Source: Paraspadella gotoi | Taxonomy: Eukaryota > Animalia > Chaetognatha | Assembly (NCBI GenBank): GCA_051294375.1 | Contig: CM119268.1 | Span: 10,686,148-10,750,147 of the forward strand | Direction of reading: 5' to 3' | Length of the DNA: 64,000 bases | Part shown: piece by piece, positions 41,705-53,700 of the stretch | How positions within the stretch are numbered: position 1 is the first letter of the stretch | Layout: each line of letters begins with the position of its first letter | Translations under genes and position numbers: made by a program | The notes under the pieces: generated by a model | The model's input: only the letters and a program-made list of their open reading frames with translations | Told to the model about the DNA's origin: nothing | Database searches by the model: none

Positions 41705-44232
41705 ATGTCGGAGGGGGAAACGGAAAGGTAAAGCTATAGGGCGATGGACGGACATATCCAGAGCTGGCCTACGGAGAAGGGACGACCTTGTCTACTCTTT
41801 CGGAGCGAGGAAAATCAATCAATCAATCAACCAAACTTTCAATTTTCTTCTTCTCCGTGACAGATTGGAGGAGGTGCTCGGTCTTCAACTCTCGCCACAC
41901 GACGTAATCCTATTGACGGACAGAGGAGTTGGGGTCAACGAAAGGATGAAATACGAAGGGAACAGGCTCGGCAGTTACCTTAATTGGCCTGTTCAGGTTA
42001 TATTTATACAACAAAATGTTGCCTAAAATTATTTTTATAAGTTATCATTGCTTGAAGTTAAACATTTGTTTTTGATGACTAGATTTGCTTATAATGAAAT
42101 AGTGTAAATCTTCACTATCTCCACCCGCCTGATTATACCAGCGCAACCTTGGTGGCGAATAAGCGAGCTTTCCCCCTTACCGCTAAGCACCTTAGGGTTC
42201 GCGCCCTCCTGGTGTCAATGCCGGACGGGACAGTTCTTATTGCATAGTTCTTAGTCGAGAAACCTTTAAGAATAACTGAAATGAACAAGATCTCAAGTCC
42301 TTGGCTGTATTTCTTTTAAGTACACCATTATGGTTACGGCGGTTCCGTCCTGATATGTATCGCTTCATAGCGCACGAAAGGAAAATCGACATATTTCTTT
42401 CTTTACAGTGTCCGGTGAGCCCATTATTACTGGTCAAGGCTGGTTTTTACTTCTCGGGGGAAGGAACTACGACGACCTGTTTCGCATGCGAAGGATCATT
42501 CTCTGATTGGACGAGCGGCGACGACCCTCAACTCGTTCACCGTCAGAAGTTCCCCCACTGCCCATTCGTGACCGGAAAAATGCCCGACATTTCGCTTACG
42601 TGGACCAGAAGCTACTTAAGCCGAAACCCTCTGACCCTCTTGATCTGGTTCAAACTTGTTGAATTGATCAATCTCTCAGCCGAGTCGAGGAGGCACTTGG
42701 CCGACCTCCCGCGCATGACGAACGAGCGGCTTGGCGTGAAGAGTTCCACCCCTTTCGAAGAGAGGGAGGAAAGGCTGAGGACGTATGGTTATTCATGGCC
42801 GCGTCACAGCGCTCCTTCTCCCGAGAAGGTAAGTGACGCCGGCTTCTTTTATCTCGGCTACTTGGATTTCGTTAAATGCTTCAGTTGCGGCGTGGTCGTT
42901 AGCAATTGGACGGAGGATGAAGATCCTTTGACCAGACATGAAAGGTAATTAGAAATACCGGTAGTTTAAAAAAAAAATACTTTTTTAAGATAAAATTATA
43001 GGATTAATAAATTGTTAAGTGTCATCGCATGCACTGAGTAGTTTGAATTAAAAAAAACATTGATTTGGGATAGTGCTGAGTATTATTTTTATTTACACCA
43101 AGCATTCATTTGGCTGGTTCATCTTTCAAGGCCAGATAAATTATGGTGAGCTTAAAAAATTATTTACAAGTAAGAGAAGGTAAGAGAAAGAGGAGATTCT
43201 CTCACTTGTAAATACTTTTTTAACCTCACCTTGAAAAATTAACCAGTCAAATGATTTGAATTCATAGTCTAAATAAAAATAATACTCAGCACTGTATCCC
43301 AAATCGATGTTTTTATAATGTTATATTAAAAAATAAATATTCGATATCCAAATGAAAATGAATTCATTAAGGTTTATTACTACAATAGATTGAAAAATTC
43401 AATCTCATTGAAGATCATATTAAATAATCAACTCTTCCAAAACATTTTTTTTCCTATTTTTACAAATGCAAATAGATGAGAGCTTTTTCTATATTTGGGT
43501 CTTTTTTTGCATTCGAGGTTGTCTCCAACCTGCCAATTCGTTTGCAGCCGCGGAGAGGAACGAAATGATGAAAGCGATGCCATAGGCGATCACGCGGACG
43601 AGGAAGATCGTTCGTACTCCGCTCTTGACAATCTTCTTCGTAGTTTGAGTGGTGCTTCTGGGGAATTTCAGGAATTCCGATCGAACACCTCAGTCGGTTT
43701 TACCACCGGAAGTCGTCGTGAAAGCGAAAATAATTTTACTCTTAGCAATTTTACTCGTTTCTCAGAGTCTGTATCAAGTATTGATACTAATACTAGCGGT
43801 TATCATTCTGCTTGGAATCAGAGTGGTGCCTCTATCGGTAATACCACTGATGGCGATGTTGAGTGGGAAAGCGATAATAATTTAACGCTTAACAGAGATG
43901 AACGTTGGTTATCCGCGTCAAGTATCGATACCAATTGCGTTGCGATCGATAAGAAAAATGATGTCACTGTAAATTCTAAGAAAGGACCCGCCCCAGATGC
44001 TTCCTCTAATACCGCCCTCGCCCCTGCTGACGTTGAGGAACTCCCGCCTGTCCGTAACGTCGTATTTTCTTCGGGCGATGCCGACGATGGAGATGTTCAG
44101 AGTTTCTCAGTCAACTGCGTTCACCACTTTAAATCCCGCAGCCTTCCAGTGGATCTGTTGCCGAATCCGGTCACGAGGGACCGTGGATTTGACAACCGTA
44201 GAAAGAAATTGCGGAGGTTGAATTCTTTTTAG
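41705..44232 (+). CDS. Inhibitor-of-apoptosis (BIR-domain) protein, paralogue B: two BIR domains, long Ser/acidic tail, no RING
   Basis: Exons 41705-41727, 41864-41996, 42409-42944 and 43518-44232 (phases 2,0,2, same positions as paralogue A). BIR1: MKYEGNRLGSYLNWP..LVKAGFYF..CFAC-x16-H-x6-C. BIR2: RLRTYGYSWP..DAGFFY..CFSC-x16-H-x6-C. Confidence 0.92.
43052..43314. mobile_element. MITE-like imperfect palindrome in IAP-B intron 3
   Basis: AAACATTGATTTGGGATAGTGCTGAGTATTATTTTTATTTA is mirrored by TAAATAAAAATAATACTCAGCACTGTATCCCAAATCGATGTTT, with an inner ATTTACAAGT/ACTTGTAAAT pair. Confidence 0.7.
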
Positions 44233-44430
44233 ACGCGTTAACGCCGTCTTTGTTTTTAATTTTTTTTTTTAGCAACAATCAAAGTTTAAAAACTAAAAAA
44301 TTATGGACATTTTTTGTAGATATTTGGTTGTTGGTAATATAATTATTCCCTCTTTCTACGCAATGTTTATACATAGGTTCATTTCGAGAGCAATAAACAT
44401 TGAGTATTTTTCCGTTTTTCGAATTACGTC

Positions 44431-45345
44431 TTTTTTAGTCGGATCTGCTTACAGCAGATCCCGACTTTGTCGGTCCGTCGGACCGCCCCCTAAATTTTGT
44501 CGGACACTCACTTATATCATGTCAGAAAATCGAATTATGACAAATTATGCAAAAAAAATGATGTCCGTCCGTCCATTCATCCATCCGTCTGTGTGCCTGT
44601 TTGTCTGTCAGTTGGTGTGTTTGTCTGTCCGTTTGTCCGTCCGTCCGTCTGTCCGTCCGACCAACCTTAGCAAAAAACTCCAATTACTCGTGATTGGATG
44701 GATGGATTGGGATGAATTTTTGTGTGTGGGTAGGGAAGTGTGTGATTGAGCTGGATATGAAGTTTCGATGGAAGCGTGTGAGTGGAAATGTGTTTAAAAT
44801 TAAATGGAAAAAACAACAAAATCTATTTCCCTATTTGAAAGTCAATTACTCATGAGTGGATTGGGCAATTGTCTTGAAATTTTTTATGTGGGTAGGAAAG
44901 TGTGTGATTAAGCCGGATGGAATCGTCTGAGAGGAAATGAGTTAATATGGAAAAAATAAAAAACCTGTTTCACTAATTGATTATGCTTATTTTTTTTATA
45001 TTAAATGTAAATGTAAGAGTTAATCAGTTAATTAATCAATTAGTTAATTAATTAATCAGTCAATTAATCATTCAATCATTCAATAAATCAATTAATTTGT
45101 CTATTAATTAATAGATAGATAAATTTATTTATCAATTAATTAATTATTTAATCAATCAATCAATCAATCAAGTCAATCGTTATCGGCTTTATTGTCGTCG
45201 TCGCCATCATCGTCGTAGCTTTTGTCGTGGTGAGTGACGAAGATACCTCGAAACAAACATTGAAAATAACTTGAATTAATTAAAAAAAATATTAATTACC
45301 GCTAATGATCGTGGGCAGATGCGACATTGTTTGCTCAAACTTGTT
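44431..45345 (+). mobile_element. DINE-1/HINE-like (Helentron-associated) non-autonomous element
   Basis: Begins in a T-run. It has a 5' subTIR GTCGGATCTGC with a nearby inverted copy GCAGATCCCGAC, a (GTCY)n microsatellite, a duplicated CAATTACTC..GGA core, a 3' subTIR GCAGATGCGAC and a terminal stem GTTTG/CAAAC followed by TTGTT. Related fragments occur near 17930-18050 and 47300-47420. Confidence 0.65.
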
Positions 45346-48300
45346 AGAATTAAAAGTACATATATCATTATAATTACTTGAATCTGATTAGAATGATCAC
45401 AATATTAATTTTAAATTGTTAAACTGAACTGAAAAAGAGACTAGATCTTTGGGGTTGTAATGATAATTTTATGCTCAAGTACTATTTTTTCGAAGAAAAA
45501 AATATTATCCTAATAAAAAAAACAACAACAATAAAACAAAAACTTGTATTAATGTATTTTATATTTAAATTATCAGCATTTATAAAAAAATTAGAAGAAA
45601 ATATTAAATTTATTCTCAAAAAAAAAAATATTAACAAAAAAATTAAATTAAAAATTAACAGAAAAATCGCAAAAACTTTTTATTTGTTTACAAACAACGA
45701 TTTATTTTAAAACTTGAAAAAATACGGACAATGTTTCGGCTCATGTTTCGGGCGGTTGGTCGAGGTGCCGGGCTCCCGACTTCACACCGAGATTGAGATC
45801 AATAGCTAAGACAATAAAAGGTGTTGGCACAGAGGACGTTCTCTTCATCTGAGGTTAGCGTTTGCTCTGTGCTGCCCGAAATTTCATCATCCGAAATGTG
45901 GTAGAGTTCGTCTCGAGCTTGTCGACGTCTATCCTCTGCGACCATCTTGAAAAAAAAATATTTAATAAAACAAATAAATTGATATTTCGAAATAAAGGTG
46001 TCCCGAAAAAAAAAAATAAATAAAAACGAGTATTTTTTTAGGAAAATTCCACGTTCACAAAAAAGTTGAAGAAAAACGTCATGCAATGAAATTTATACTA
46101 ATTTTTTAAATTTTCTGACCTATTTTGAAGGTGAGCATGCGCTTGTTAGTACGCATCGTTGTTTAACGTCTTCTTGGAAATTGTAAAAAAAATTTAAAAC
46201 TATATCCATTATCCAGTTATTTATCCACACCTGCGATTCGTGCGTGAATCGCCGGCGACATCGCTATTAGAATGAACTACAACTTAAGCTTCAGGATGTC
46301 TTTTTGCCAAGGTGTGAGTGTATCTTTGGGTTCATCGTTCATCACTTTGGACCACTTAGTTCAGTCAATTTATTGATATTTTAAGATTATTTATGATAAT
46401 TGATGACTTGTTTCTTCGTCGTCAGTATTTGAATATATTATAATTATATACATTTTTTTAGATTGTTAATTGTGAAGAGTTATTGTTCACATTTCTTGCG
46501 GTGATAAAACAACCATCTTTTTACAAAAATCGAATTTTTAATAGGACTTTAAACACTGATGTTGACTATTAAATCCTAAACCTCGGTGGGATTTACTCTA
46601 TGTTTATGTTTATTCTGAGTTTAATTTTTAATTTTCTTCTTTTAAATTATCTGATTTTAAGATTTGAAAATTTTTAGATTTTATCCCATACTTCTACTTC
46701 CTAGTTAAAATTAGTTCTTCATTTCACCAGTCATATAGAAACTGTATTGATTTCTAATTTTTTTTATACTCTGGAGCAGGCGCATAAACCCCCAACGCAG
46801 GTTGCAAGGCCTGGACTGAATAGAGTCAATGTTTTTTACAGTGGCACGTTTGGCAATGTGCAAGGTCAAGTATTTCGTAACTAAGGAAAATTATTCTATA
46901 TTATTCAATCAAAAATCATGAACATAGTAACGAGAGAATTAGCAATTAAGATCTATTTTCATTACGTCCCATCTTTGATCTGTTTTCCCTTTTCAGTGTA
47001 TGTACCGTAAATTCGCTTAAGCTTTTGCGGTTTAACTCAAACTCTTTTGCAATATACGTAATTATATATTAATATATTTTGCCTTCATGTATTTTTTTGT
47101 TTTTTATATTTTTTTGAATTAATGGTTATGATCGAATTGCTTGCGCTTTTGTGTTGGGAGAAAGAATAATCTTTTTTTTTTATCTTTGAAATTCTAGCTT
47201 TCAAGGTGATTAGTAAAGTTACTTTCGCTTTTGCTCTCTCGCCTCAGATTTGTTTTAGTATGGAAATGTTTTTGAATCGTTTTAAGTTATCATGTGTTAT
47301 GTTTTTATTTACGCCGCGAGTACTTGCTGAGCAACTCTGTAATACACTTAGGTGTCGGTCGGTCGGTCGGTAAGTCTGTCTATCCATCCATTGGTCTATC
47401 CCACTTACATTAAAAATGCTTAAATTAATAATACTTCATCAATTTAGTTCATATATTGTCGGAAGGTAAGGTACCATAAAAGACCTTTAACGTGCACATG
47501 TATCATATCATCAACCACGTGATCAGCTTAAAAATGATCATTTGACCCAAAATTTAATGCGGAATAATTCAGGAGTCATTTTTGTTAATAGTTGTCAGAC
47601 TAAAGAATCAGTAAATAATTATTAGAATGTATTTCCTACTTATGTAGTCATATGATCATACAGAACTACAGTCACGTGATCATAAAGTAAACCTATTACT
47701 AAAAGCAGAATATTTCAAGTAATATTAGGTTGATTTAGTTAAAACCTTACAGATCAACCATCGAACCTATATTATATATAGATTTTATAGTAATATAGTT
47801 ATGTAATTACCCTAAAATACTCATAATAAGATAGTTACTGTGGTGCAACACATTAGAATTACCGTTCTTGTTTATCTTTTAACAAGTTATGTGGTCGTCA
47901 TACATGCAAAATAACAATGCTGATTTGATATACTTGCTATATTGATATGCATTTTCAAAAAAAAAAAAAAAATGGTGATTGTGCTTATATGAAATCTTAA
48001 ATATATTGGTGTTTGATAAACCGATCAGAAAAAGTTATTGGATGTTTTTAAAATTATATTCTTGTAAAAACTCCTTGACATTTATTTGTATTAATAAATT
48101 TTCAATGATGATGCGACAAAAAGTAAATATAGTAGTATAAGCAAATAAAGAGATTTTAGATAGTTGTAAGACCCTTTTTGGCTCTTTAAATTTGGATCTT
48201 TCATGGATTGAAAAAATTGAAATGTTTTCTCTATATTGGTGGCGTAAATTGGATTTTGCGCCATGAAGAAGTGAAATGAGTAGACGAGATGGCGTCTCCG

Positions 48301-48524
48301 GGCGTCGGCGTCTCCCTTTGTAACTCGAGACGGTTTTTTTCCCTTCCATTTTCTTTATTCATATTCCCCGGGATTACAGCAGTCGTCGTCGTTGTCGTCG
48401 CTATCGTCGTCGCCGTTGTCGTCGTCGTCGTCTTTTTATCGTCGTCTTCGCGGTTGTTGTCACGCTCGCAGCGGTCGGCCATTGTTATGAGGATAAACCC
48501 ACTGGGGAGGTCGGCGCTCTCGGG

Positions 48525-48630
<106 letters not shown>

Positions 48631-48718
48631 AATACAGTTGGATCCGGCATCATTCTCTCCGCGCCAAGGGGCGGCAGGTGTTCTTTTCTCTACCGAGAGA
48701 AATAAAAAAAGAAAAAAA

Positions 48719-48752
<34 letters not shown>

Positions 48753-50140
48753 CGCTGGAGATGTGATGCTAAAGTGCCACTAGACGATGCGTCTTGGATT
48801 TGCTTGAGCATTTTCAATAAAGACGCTTTCTGACTTTTGAGAGGAAATAAAAACACCCATCAATCTACTGTATATAAGATGGTCATAGACGCATTAATAT
48901 TTTTAAACTTCTAACTTACAATAGCAAATCCCGATGTAATGCTTTTATCCAATACAATTTATCCAATTCATTGATAAGAAGGCAAAGCAATCTGGTCTGG
49001 AAGTTAATAAAGATTAAAGTAGACTGAGAGAGTCTTGAATGAAAGCCTGCATATTAATAATATCATCTTGTAAGAGGAACGGAGGCCTTAACTAATAAAG
49101 ACAGGGAATAAGATGAATAAATTTTTATAATGGGAATACAAACTTCGTGACTTTTAAGCAGCTAACTAACATATTATCTAAAACTGGAAACCTTTGAGTT
49201 TAACTATGCTCTTCATTCTCAAAGAATAAAAAATCACTAAGTGAAAGAAGGGGTTTTTGGAATGATATAATTTTCGGTTTTTTTTTTCATCTGGGAACAG
49301 AATTTGTTTTGTTTCGACTAACAGAAAAAACATGTTAGCGCAGTTAGTTTTTGTGTCCATCACAAGAGAAAAGAAGGGTGTTTGTATAAGAAAACAGTCA
49401 TGTACATTTTTTTCTGTCATTGTGGAAAAATAATAATAATAATCGTAATAATTATCATAATCGTAGTAATACGGCAACGATATAATCAATATAGCGATAT
49501 TACGGAATGGTGTTTGTGTTGAATTTTCGGTTGTGGGTGTAAAAAGAAAATCGAATCGCATTTCCCGAATTTGGTGCAACAGACACAAGAGCAGTGCAAC
49601 GCGCGGAAAATGACAACGATATGTCATTAAAACCTAACGGCGTTAATAGTCAACATGACACAGATAGACTAAAATGGTAACGAAAGCAGTTTGAAGGGAA
49701 TGTCGCGATAAAATCGATGACAAAATAATGATTTCTGTTAAATTATTCAAAACTAAACCGAAAACTAAAAAAAAACAAAACATAATTAACTTTTAACATA
49801 AAATCAAAACAAAATCCAAATGATAAACATGTAGATAAAAGCCTCAAAATTGCAATACTACTACAATATGATTTTTCTCCATATTCGACAGCGATTACTT
49901 TTGGCACAACAAAAATTCAGGGCAAAACTGTCACCAAATTTTTTTTTCTGGGGTAATGAAACTGAGAAGGGGGAAGAGTCAAATGATGCGTAGGGAGAAC
50001 ATCCGGGGATGGCTGACATCCGGGAATGGCGCACATCCGGGGACGGAGGCCGAGATGGGCGTGTAAGAGAGTTGAGGGATAAAGAGGGGGTTGAATCTAA
50101 AGCAGAAAAGGCCTGAAAAATTCATACAGCGATCAAAATG

Positions 50141-50200
<60 letters not shown>

Positions 50201-50793
50201 AATTTTTTTTTAAAAGGAGAAACAATTTTTTTCCGTCTCTCTCTATATTTTTACCCTTCCCTTTTTCTTTCGTATGCAAATGGAATTCATGGACATGTTT
50301 TATCGCTGAAAATAAAAAAAGATTAAAAAAAAAACTAAAAGAAAAAAAAGAAAAAATGAAAGTGAGATGTTAAAATCACAGACGCGGCAAAAAAATAGAA
50401 ACGTCTCTCTTTTTTTTCTTCTTTTCTTTTTTTTCGCGCTCAACGGAGTCACAGTTGGATTTCTCTCGGTTTATGGTTCGATCTTAAGTCCGGAATGAAG
50501 TTGTCGTCGTCGTCGTTGTTGTTGTTGTTGTTTATTATGAGGATGATAATGATGATATCTTTTGTGTTTACCGTCTTCTTCGACATCGTCACGAGAGTAA
50601 AACGAAATAATTGATATTTTGGCAGACGATAAAAAAAAAAAAAAAAAAAACATTCGTCGTCTTCTTTGGCGACGCCAGCTCGCCTCTCTCGTTCTTATCC
50701 AGCGCGCCATCTTTCGTCATCGTAGAAAGAAAATCCTCTCCAGGTCCCCGGATCGAATCCCGACGTCGAAGGTTTTTTTTTTTTATTGCTTTC

Positions 50794-53700
50794 TCATCTT
50801 CGAGATTCGAAGTTTAACGTCTGAGAAGAAGACAACGAAGACGACGGAAATGATATCGACGATGACGAAGATGATGATAACGAAGAAGACGAAAACGAAG
50901 AAGTCGTCGACGACGACGACGACGACAACGACCTTAGTTCCGCCTCGAAGAGTCGGTCGAGTCTGGCGACGAAGAGCCACGTCGCCGTCGCGAGAAGAAC
51001 GAACAAGAGTGGACTCCGATTTAACGTCGTCGTCGTCGCCGCCGCGTTGACGCCGCCGTCCGGCGACAGCGCCGGTTCGTCGTTCTCGTTCGACGCCGAC
51101 GACGAAGACAACGCCGGAGATTTGCCCGCGGCGTCGACGGTGATGACTCGAAGGATTTTGGGGGAAGGGTGGACGCGATGTTGGGGCGGGTTGGGTCGAG
51201 AGTCTTTGCCGCCGACGCCGAGCCTGCCGTCGCCGACGCCGGCGCCGCCTCGACCGCGCCGATCCTCGATTACCGGAACTCCGCTCAGATCGGCGGCGTC
51301 GATGGAATTGTCGAAGTCGGAAAAGGCGCCGCCGAGACCGGGTGGGCGGAACCACGCCGGAGGGTGGTGGACCGAGGGTCGGTGACGATGAGAGGACGGC
51401 GCTTCGTCGCCGAGAGTCGGCGCCGGGCGCGATCCGTGGCGGTGACGCCCGTCGCCGCCGGAGTGGACTCGTTGTTTGTGGGATTTTAAGAGATAAGACA
51501 AGTCTTGTTTGCAGCAGACTCGGAAGGTAACCTGGTTGGTTGAGGAGAGGGGCGGAGAAAAAGAGAAGAGAAGAAAAGAAATAAAGGGAAAATGCAGAGA
51601 AAGAGAAGAGAAGGAAAAGGAAGTGAAGAGAAAAGGAATGGGAAAAGAAATGGAAAGGAAAAAGAAGAAAAGGGAGGATGAACAAAAAAGAAAAAAGAAA
51701 AAAAGAAAGAGAGAAAAAGAAAAGAGAAAATAAAGGGATAAGAAAGGGAAGAGGAAAGGAAAAATAAAAGGTTAGAGCAGCAATTTGGTCAGCACGTGCC
51801 TCGTCGGGATGCGGCGGCCTGCCTTATTAGAGGACTTACCTTCATGTGGTGAGTCTTGCAAACGCCGCCTTTCAAATTATCGGTCCCGTCCGCCTCGCCG
51901 GTCGATGTAGAGATGAAGTGATAATCCTGACCGGGTTCGAACTCGAGACCCTATGGGGATAAGGAGAAGGGGGAAAGGGAGAAAGGGATAAAGGAAAGGT
52001 GGGAAGGTGAAGGGTAAGGAGGCAAGAAGAGAAATGAAGAAGGGAGTAAGTAAAGAAAGAAGGGAACGGAAAGGGAGAAAAGGGACAAATTTTGATCAGG
52101 AACCAGGAAAGAAGATAAAAAGCGTTTTGATTGAGAGGAAAAAGAAAAATGGTCGGAGCGACAGAGGATTTAAAGAAAAGAAAGAGGAGATTTGTGAGGA
52201 GAGAGAGAGAGAAAGAGAGAGAGAAGAGAGAAGAAGAAAAAAAAAAACATAGACAGTGCGAATATGGGAAGAAGGGGGGGTAAGAAACGAAGAAGAAGGA
52301 AAGGGTTGAAGCGAGAAAAGCTTTTAGATGTCGACTCTGGGGACGAGACCATCAAAAGACCAGCTTCCTCTCTCCATCTGTGCTCTCTCTCGGATCTCTC
52401 TCCTCAGATCATCTCATTCTCTCATCTCGTACATCGTCTCATGTCTCTCTCATCTCTCATCTCTCTTCTCCTCTCTCAATCTCAATTGGCTTTCGCGACC
52501 CCTTCTCGCACAACGGCACAGTGGTCGCGTTTCAGTCTTCATTTTCTCCTTTCGCTTCATTTCTTTCCCCGTCGAACAAACAAGGAATGAAGAAGATCGG
52601 AGATGAGATTAAGATGAATTGGAGATGAATTAGAAATGAATTGTAGATGAATTTCAGATGAACTTCAAATGATGTGCTCCACGAAGTAGATTTACAAAGC
52701 GAGAGGATGTTATATAAAATAGATTCTTTATATTACGAATAAAAATTTGAAAAAGCCCAGATTTTAATAATGTACTTTAATAGCAGTTTAAAGTCATGGT
52801 CAAACTCATTGTAATGAAAATCATAGTCAAAATAAAAAAGAAATTACTAACGACAGCAACCACAGCTACAGCAACGACATAATCAACAGCAAAGACATAG
52901 ACATAGCATCCAACCTGCGGCAGAGGAGAGAAGCGAGCGAAGTTGACCCTGAATGCTGAGGCTTTGAAAGGCTGCGCGCAGTCGAAGATCCACTTGGTGA
53001 CTGAAGGATTTCCTGACGTGAGATTCACTTCGCACGAGTCGTATTCCGCTTTGGTCACCTGACGAGGGGGGGGGGGGCGGTCGGAGGGGGGAGGTGAACG
53101 ATCTTCACATCTTATATCATTCGAAGCCAACGAAATTTTGGGTTCTTTCCTTCTGTCATGACGACTGAATGAATATTTAATGAAATCGTTAATTTTAAAA
53201 TATTTTTTTTTCTCGTTGATGCAAATGTTATACTTTTAATTTACTATTGATAAGTCGTCAATCATTGGTCAATAACCAAGAAAAGAATGAATATTTCTGA
53301 GATATTTTGGTAATAATTAACAACAGATAACTTTACTCTTTTGTTTTGAAATTTTTCTTTTCAAAATTTAAGCAAAACCTGACAACTTTACGAAAATTAA
53401 TAAGTAAAATTGATTAATTTCCAGGAGAAGCTAGATAACCTCATAGGAAGCATAATTTTAATTAATTTTTTTATTTTTTATGCAACCCCTGGAGGATGAG
53501 TCAATATTCACTTGCAAAAACCGTTTTAAAAATTCTTTACAAATTTCAAATATGGTTCATAAACGATAAGCCTTTTAAAAGACCAAATTTAAGAATAAAA
53601 TTGTCAAGTTTCTCTAAAGATTTCTGACGCGCTAGTACTAACTATTTAAAACAGAAATGAGAAAACGTTTCGCTGATTTCTTCAAGCATTTTACCATAAA

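Noticed and set aside
48231-48482. Small Thr-rich minus-strand ORF (MADRCERD...)
   Set aside because: Mostly (GAC)n low complexity, with no domain or splice partners; it could be ephrin 3' UTR or intergenic DNA.
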